A stretch of DNA of 13,189 nucleotides from Armatimonadia bacterium (GTDB lineage: Bacteria; Armatimonadota; Zipacnadia; Zipacnadales; UBA11051). The translations under genes and the position numbers were made by a program. Each line of letters opens with the position of its first letter. Positions within the stretch are counted from its first letter, which is position 1. Location: contig JBDKRC010000189.1 in assembly GCA_039683575.1 (NCBI GenBank), positions 1 to 13,189 on the forward strand, read 5' to 3'. Shown here piece by piece: positions 8,039 to 13,189 of the stretch. The notes under the pieces were generated by a model. That model saw only the letters and a program-made list of their open reading frames with translations, had not been told where the DNA came from and ran no database searches.

Positions 8039-9943
8039 TTACTTCTCCGTCGGGATGATAACACCCCGCATGATGATATTCTGAGCAAAGATGAACACCA
8101 GTAGGGTTGGGATAGCCGCCAGTACCAGTGCCGCAAAGATCATTGACTGCGGTGCCCACGACTGCATCTGCTGCAACCACACCATCAGCGTCCACCAATT
8201 CTTGTCCTGGCACACCACGAACGCCCACATGAATGAGCCATACGCGCCTGTGAACGCTCCCAGACCGATAACCGCCAGTACCGGGGTAGACAACGGCAGG
8301 CAGATCCGCGTGAACATCTGCAGCTCATTGGCGCCATCAATTTCCGCCGCCTCATAGAGCTCCTGCGCCAGGCTATCGAAGAACCCCTTAAGCAAGAAGA
8401 TCGAGAAGCCCGCCGCCGCACCGGGGAGAATCAGAGCCCAGAGCGAGTTCAGCAGGTGAAGCTGCTTCATGAGCAGGAAGTTCGGGATGGCCGTCACTTC
8501 GCCCGGGAAGGCCATGGTCGCCAGGCAGAACAGCAGGACCTTGTATGTCGAAGGCAGGTTGAACCGCGACAGCGCGTATGCCGCCAGCGGGTTCACCGTC
8601 AACGTCAGGAAGATCGTCGCCACCACCAGGATCAGCGTTACCCACAGCGCCCGCCCGTGTACCGCGATATACGCAGCTACGTCGCGGTAGTTCCGCACGA
8701 AGAAGTCGTGGCGGATCAGCTTCTCGTTCTGCGTCATGTACCACCAGTCCGCCTCCTGCGTCGGAAGCAGAACCCGGTCGAACGAGGCATAGTTCGTGCC
8801 ATACGCGGAGTTCATCGCCGCGACGGTCTTGAACTTCTTCTGCAGCCATTCCCGGTAGCGAATGTGCGGCGTGTCCAACTGGACATACTGCGGGCTGACT
8901 GCGGTCTCGATGAAGCCACCATAGTCGGCAACCGCCGCGTTGGACGTGGGCGCCTCCTTGGGAAGCGGCACTTGCGCCAAAGACGTGATCGGCTTGAAGC
9001 CCTCGTCATCGGCATGAATCTTGTTATATAGTGGTGCGATATCCGCTGGATTGCCGGTCTTGTGGTACCTGGACGTCAGATACTTGCTCCACTCGCCCGC
9101 CGCCGTCGGATCAACCTCCACGAACCAGTACGGGACCTCTGTCCTGACGTACCGCGTCCAGTCGTCTGCCATGGCCTTGTTCTTGGGCAGCCGCGCCGGC
9201 AGCGTCAGGTCCGTGAGGGCCTTGATGCTCGGGTCGGCATAGCGTTTGGCAAACGTCGCGGGCTCGGCATCATACTCGTTGGTCAGCCATTCGACATACG
9301 CACCCTCGACTGGGGTTGGCGCGGTGAACCATCCCGGCAACTTGCTCTTGAACTCCGTGAATTCGCGGAAGCGTAGATCGCGGACCGGCTGGTACACCCG
9401 CTGGAACCACGCCTCACTGGGCGTCTGCAGGTCGAAGTACTCGCGCTCGTCACGGTAGGCCCGGTTGAGCGCCTGGATGTCGTTGTTGAACCGCTCGGCC
9501 AGGAATTTCTGGTACAGGTGCGCGCCCATCAAGCTGATCTTCGGCTTCGTCACCGAGTACCCGTGCAGCGTGGTCAGATACTCCTGGGGAAGAGACTTCT
9601 TCCACTGATCGTAATCCGACGCCAGCTCCGGCTTGAACTCTTTGGGCTGCTTCACATCACGGAAATCACCGATGTCCTGCCCGGCATTCACGTAGTTGTA
9701 GAGCTTGCTGTCCTCGTTATAGGCGCTCTCGGTATACTTCTGGAAGAGCGCCTCATCGTGCCGCAGATACGCGGGTATGAGGCCATAGTCCTGGGAGTCC
9801 ACGTTCGTGGTGATCGAGGTCGAAAGCATCAGCCAGAAAGGCACGATCATGGTGACGCCGCCGATGGTCAGCGCGACATAGATCCAGAAGATCAAGAGCC
9901 TGGTTTTGAGACCCTTCCGGCCAACGAGAGCAATATGTGGCAT
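8039..9943 (-). CDS. Carbohydrate ABC transporter permease (MalG/CUT1-like) with ~370 aa soluble insertion after TM1
   Basis: 634 aa; N-terminal TM ...MIVPFWLMLSTS; C-terminal NYRDV, PLAAYALSRF, EAA loop KGFFDSLAQELYEAAEIDGANELQMFTRICLPLS, AIPTLLVFIFAQNII; GGAG RBS. Confidence 0.93.
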   Translation of the reverse strand: MPHIALVGRKGLKTRLLIFWIYVALTIGGVTMIVPFWLMLSTSITTNVDSQDYGLIPAYLRHDEALFQKYTESAYNEDSKLYNYVNAGQDIGDFRDVKQPKEFKPELASDYDQWKKSLPQEYLTTLHGYSVTKPKISLMGAHLYQKFLAERFNNDIQALNRAYRDEREYFDLQTPSEAWFQRVYQPVRDLRFREFTEFKSKLPGWFTAPTPVEGAYVEWLTNEYDAEPATFAKRYADPSIKALTDLTLPARLPKNKAMADDWTRYVRTEVPYWFVEVDPTAAGEWSKYLTSRYHKTGNPADIAPLYNKIHADDEGFKPITSLAQVPLPKEAPTSNAAVADYGGFIETAVSPQYVQLDTPHIRYREWLQKKFKTVAAMNSAYGTNYASFDRVLLPTQEADWWYMTQNEKLIRHDFFVRNYRDVAAYIAVHGRALWVTLILVVATIFLTLTVNPLAAYALSRFNLPSTYKVLLFCLATMAFPGEVTAIPNFLLMKQLHLLNSLWALILPGAAAGFSIFLLKGFFDSLAQELYEAAEIDGANELQMFTRICLPLSTPVLAVIGLGAFTGAYGSFMWAFVVCQDKNWWTLMVWLQQMQSWAPQSMIFAALVLAAIPTLLVFIFAQNIIMRGVIIPTEK

Positions 9944-10000
9944 GTAGCTACTCCGGCAGTATTAGTGCGTGGAATGAATTGACTGGATAACGGATGGCGA

Positions 10001-10087
10001 GGAAAATGGGGACTGACACCACTTTCGCAACCTAACCGTCTTCACCTATTAAGCTTCATGCGAAAATGGTGTCTGTCCCCATTTTCC
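10001..10087. repeat. REP-like inverted repeat doublet 1
   Basis: 10001-10029 GGAAAATGGGGACTGACACCACTTTCGCA versus the reverse complement of 10059-10087: 27/29 identical, 29-nt spacer. Confidence 0.9.
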
Positions 10088-10109
10088 GGTGGTGGCGGCC
10101 CTGCAGAGC

Positions 10110-10197
10110 CAGAAACGGGGACAGACCCCAATTTCATATGCAGTCTTGCTATGTGGTGGAGCTTAGCGAACGAAATCGGGGTCAGTCCCCATTTCTG
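10110..10197. repeat. REP-like inverted repeat doublet 2
   Basis: 10110-10135 CAGAAACGGGGACAGACCCCAATTTC versus the reverse complement of 10172-10197: 23/26 identical, 36-nt spacer; same GGGGAC(A/T)GAC(A/C)CC core as doublet 1. Confidence 0.9.
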
Positions 10198-10211
10198 TCG
10201 CCGCCCGTTCC

Positions 10212-12791
10212 CTACTTCGCCGAAGCCGTCTTGAACTGCAGGTTCGACAGAATACGCAACTGCAGCACGGTGAACCCGATCAGCAGCGAACCCAGCACCC
10301 ACGCCATGGACACGGCGAACCCGTACTTCAGGTACACGTACGCATTGAACCAGATCTCGAGGCCGAGCACCGTTGTCTGCTTCGCTGGTCCACCTGCAGT
10401 CATGATGAAAATGGGCTCGAAGGCGCGGAACGCTCCGATGAACGCTCCGACGAAGTTGATGATGATGAGGGCCTTCAGATACGGAATGGTGATCCGCCAG
10501 AACTTGCCCCAGAAGCCGCAGCCGTCCAGGTCGGCGGCCTCATAGATGTCCTCGGGAATGGACTGCAGCGCTGCCAGGTAGATGATACAGCCCGGTCCGA
10601 CGCTTGCCCAGATCTGCGGCAGGATGACCGCGAGCATCGCCACTGCCGGGAAGCCGATCCACCCGAAGGGATGGCTGCTGTCCTGCAGCCACTTCTGCGG
10701 CCCGATATGGAAGAAGCCTACCACCTGGTTGAGCATCCCCTGCGGGCTGGGGTCGTAGAACTGCTTCCACAGCATGTAGATAACTACACCGGTGGTGACT
10801 GCGGGGAGGTAGTAGATGACGCGGTAGACGATCTTGCCCTTGGGCACTTCGTGCAGCAAAAGCGCCAGGATGATCGGCGCGCCGAAGCCCAACACGAGCA
10901 TCAGGCCGGCGTACTGGATCGTTCGGAGCATGGTCAGCCAGAAGTCCACATCGAAGAAGGCCTGGCTGAAGTTGTTGATGCCGATCCACTGGGTGCCGAG
11001 CAGGATTTTGTAGTCCTGGAAGGCCATCATCGAGCCACGCGCCAGCGGATAGTATTGCCACAGTGCAATCGAGAGCAGCGCTGGAGCCATGACGATCCAC
11101 GCGTAGATGAACTTGCGCTTCTTGGCTCCCCCCACCGACTGGGTGTGCGCGCCGCTGGTCCCCGTCTGGATTTGCTTGGAGTAATGCCCCATGCTCATCC
11201 GCATCAGCAACGTGAAGGCAATCGCCATGATGCAGACGATGATCGTGGTGATCGTGTTACGGGTGCGCTTGAGGCCTTCGGGGATGCGACCCATCAACTT
11301 GATGTTGGTGGCCTCGACGTTCTTCTTGAGAATCGTCGGAATGTCGGGGTTGTCCTGTGCGATGGCCTCGTCGAGCGGGTACTGCATCTCGCGATAGATA
11401 AGCTGGCAGTTCTTGCCAAAGGGCTCCGGCTTGCTGTCGTGAATGGCTGTCTCGAGCGTCTCTTCCCAGCCCTTGGGCACGTCGTTCAGGTAGGCGCTGT
11501 AGCCAAACCGCTGCAGCCACTTCGGCTGCACGTACTTGGCAAAGCCCGCCTCGACGAAGGTCTTGGTGCGGATGCGCCGGGCTTCGAGGGAGGCGAAGAA
11601 GCGGATGTACTCCCACGCCAGGTCTCGGATCTTCGGGTCCTTGATCGTGGAGTTGATGCCCATCATCGTGGCGTTGATCTCGCTGCCACGCAGGCCGTCC
11701 GGGCCCTTGGGTACCGGGCAGATGCCGATCTGGTTGGGGTTGACCTGCGCGATGGCGGCATCCTGCAGGTAGTTGAACATCATCGCAATTTTGCCGCGCG
11801 CCCAGCCTCGGCTGGCCCCCGGATCGCCGTCGACTACGCCCTCATACAGCTTCTTCTCGGCCTTGGCGTCGGCTTTGCTGATGATTCTGCCACACGACTT
11901 GCACTTGGCGGTGTCTTCGTTCTGCGAGAAGACCACGGGCTCTTTCTTGCCGCGGTTGCCGCAGACGTCACAGAAAGTCCAGAGACCACGGCGAAGCTGC
12001 CAGTAGAACTTGGTGGCCTTGACCGCGCCCTCGTCGTCATAGGCTGCCATCCAGTTGCCGCTCTTGTCCTGTACCACCGCGTTCGAACCGGCGGACCAGA
12101 GCAAACTCATGAAATTCCAGGCGGCATCGGTCTTGGTAACCATGCCCAGGCCCCAGACGCCCTTTTCGGGGTCGCTGGTGCGTAGCGCGTAGTCATACAG
12201 TTCGTCCCAGTTCTGCGGCGCGCTGTCTGGGTCAATCCCGGCCTTCTTGAACAGGTCCTTGCGGTACATGAGCGCCATGACGACTACGCCATAGGGTGCG
12301 GCCCAAATGTGCTCCTTGCCGTCGGGGCCCTTGCGCTTGATTACGTCCCAGACCTGCTTGGGGATAAGGCCGCTTTCGCGGACCGGCTCTTCCGACTCCC
12401 ACTTGGCAATATAATCATCAAGCGGATAGAGGAAGCCCTGGGAGATATAGGTATCGGACTGGCGGAAGTTGACGTAGAGCACTTCAGGAGCCACGCCACC
12501 GGCCATGGCCATGAGGGGGCCGGAGTCCATGGAGGACATACCCTCGATCACGAGGCCCTCGAACGGCACCAGCTTGACGTTGGGGTGCTTGGCCCGGAAG
12601 GCGTCAGCGATGGCCAGGGTGGCCTTGGCGTCAGGCGTCACCGCCCGATCACGCGTCGGGAGGTTGGCGATCTTCAGAGTGATCTGGGGCTCACCGGTAG
12701 CCGGAGAGTCACTGGCGTGGGCCAGTGTGGCGGTGCCGAGAATGAGGAGAGACAGCAGGAAGACGAGGCTGGATGAACGCACGGCAGGCAT
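10212..12791 (-). CDS. Fused extracellular solute-binding protein (family 1-like) + carbohydrate ABC permease (MalF/UgpA-like)
   Basis: Signal-peptide-like N terminus (LVFLLSLLILGTATLAHA); SBP motifs AFRAKHPNVKL, MAMAGGVAPEV, GFLYPLDDY, LMYRKDLFKKAGI...PQNWDEL, GKIAM, PVPKGP, AWEYIRF; extra TM; then YYPLARG, WIGINNF, LALLL, YYLPAV, EAA loop YLAALQSIPEDIYEAADLDG. Start set at ATG 12791 (AGGAGG directly upstream) rather than 12845. Confidence 0.92.
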   Translation of the reverse strand: MPAVRSSSLVFLLSLLILGTATLAHASDSPATGEPQITLKIANLPTRDRAVTPDAKATLAIADAFRAKHPNVKLVPFEGLVIEGMSSMDSGPLMAMAGGVAPEVLYVNFRQSDTYISQGFLYPLDDYIAKWESEEPVRESGLIPKQVWDVIKRKGPDGKEHIWAAPYGVVVMALMYRKDLFKKAGIDPDSAPQNWDELYDYALRTSDPEKGVWGLGMVTKTDAAWNFMSLLWSAGSNAVVQDKSGNWMAAYDDEGAVKATKFYWQLRRGLWTFCDVCGNRGKKEPVVFSQNEDTAKCKSCGRIISKADAKAEKKLYEGVVDGDPGASRGWARGKIAMMFNYLQDAAIAQVNPNQIGICPVPKGPDGLRGSEINATMMGINSTIKDPKIRDLAWEYIRFFASLEARRIRTKTFVEAGFAKYVQPKWLQRFGYSAYLNDVPKGWEETLETAIHDSKPEPFGKNCQLIYREMQYPLDEAIAQDNPDIPTILKKNVEATNIKLMGRIPEGLKRTRNTITTIIVCIMAIAFTLLMRMSMGHYSKQIQTGTSGAHTQSVGGAKKRKFIYAWIVMAPALLSIALWQYYPLARGSMMAFQDYKILLGTQWIGINNFSQAFFDVDFWLTMLRTIQYAGLMLVLGFGAPIILALLLHEVPKGKIVYRVIYYLPAVTTGVVIYMLWKQFYDPSPQGMLNQVVGFFHIGPQKWLQDSSHPFGWIGFPAVAMLAVILPQIWASVGPGCIIYLAALQSIPEDIYEAADLDGCGFWGKFWRITIPYLKALIIINFVGAFIGAFRAFEPIFIMTAGGPAKQTTVLGLEIWFNAYVYLKYGFAVSMAWVLGSLLIGFTVLQLRILSNLQFKTASAK

Positions 12792-13019
12792 GAGGCCTCC
12801 TGAAAGGGATGCAGCTTGAATCGCACGTTTGGGCCCGGTCCCCAACGCACCACCACAACGCTTCCCGTGAGGTCAACGACCCCACAAGCCTGCGACCCGC
12901 ACGACAGAGCGAAACGGGGAAAACAACACAATGTGGGCGCGCCGAAACAGACGCACTCGAACCGGCGGGGTATGTAGTACCCACACCTCTGGCGGGAGTC
13001 TATCTCGCCGGGCGACGTA

Positions 13020-13028
13020 AGTATAACA
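13020..13028 (-). promoter_or_regulatory. Candidate extended -10 promoter for the ABC operon
   Basis: - strand TG-T-TATACT (TGn plus 5/6 match to TATAAT); no recognisable -35; ~230 nt upstream of the ATG at 12791. Confidence 0.4.
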
Positions 13029-13065
13029 CAGACGCCAATTGTTGGGTAGTAGCTGATACTACCGG

Positions 13066-13189
13066 TGTCGCTGCCAAGTAGTAATGTCCCTCTTGTGCAA
13101 AGTAGAAATGTCCCTTCGGCGAACTGAAGGGTATGAAGTTACTGATGAGCCACAAGGAACGCAACTACAGCAAGGTACTCGAGCAGCTT
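13066..13189 (+). mobile_element. Left end of probable IS1202-family (ISNCY) insertion sequence, truncated by window edge
   Basis: Begins TGT at 13066; two sub-terminal direct repeats AAGTAGTAATGTCCCT (13076-13091) and AAGTAGAAATGTCCCT (13100-13115), 15/16 identical, 24-bp period; immediately followed by an ORF with a transposase-like N terminus. Confidence 0.7.
13133..13189 (+). CDS. N terminus of probable ISNCY/IS1202-family transposase (partial)
   Basis: MKLLMSHKERNYSKVLEQL, open to the window edge; resembles the MS.KE..R..V... start I recall for these transposases. Only 19 codons visible; ATG 13145 is an alternative start. Confidence 0.6.
   Translation, partial: MKLLMSHKERNYSKVLEQL

Noticed and set aside
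10001-10197. Possible mini CRISPR array (repeats with ~30-36 nt spacers)
   Set aside because: Copies alternate in orientation and diverge, and there are no cas genes in the window; fits REP-like doublets better.
10042-10545. Small ORFs crossing the repeat region (10042-10302 - and 10066-10545 +)
   Set aside because: They overlap the permease 3' end and merely translate the palindromic repeats.
10671-12185. 504 aa + strand ORF
   Set aside because: Antisense shadow of the SBP-permease fusion; no motifs.
12792-12845. N-terminal extension of the fusion ORF to 12845
   Set aside because: AGGAGG lies directly before ATG 12791, which places the signal peptide at the N terminus.
12890-12960. c-di-GMP-I riboswitch-like GAAA motifs
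   Set aside because: Conserved stems and spacing do not fit, and the motifs are on the strand opposite the downstream operon.
13005-13065. dif/XerCD site next to the IS end
   Set aside because: No 11-6-11 arrangement with inner TAA/TTA and no TTATGTTAAAT-like XerD arm.

Overview
GC-rich bacterial window with eight genes, all on the - strand. In transcription order (right to left): a fused solute-binding-protein/permease and a second permease with a very large repeat-containing loop (carbohydrate-type ABC transporter, no ATPase gene in the window); an alanine-racemase-family enzyme; homoserine kinase (thrB); an M20 ArgE/DapE-like deacylase; a Gfo/Idh/MocA oxidoreductase; a CstA-family transporter; and a secreted right-handed beta-helix protein that runs off the left edge and is missing from the ORF track. 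Two REP-like inverted-repeat doublets separate the ABC genes. The left end of a probable IS1202/ISNCY-type insertion sequence occupies the right edge on the + strand. The most unusual signals are: (1) the racemase has substitutions at both known specificity positions (I222-equivalent is Glu, Y354-equivalent is Gln); (2) five ~70-78 aa repeats resembling a GH42 helical subdomain inside the permease loop; (3) a CxxC...CxxC insert in the binding-protein domain. All calls come from reading motifs by eye; no searches were run.
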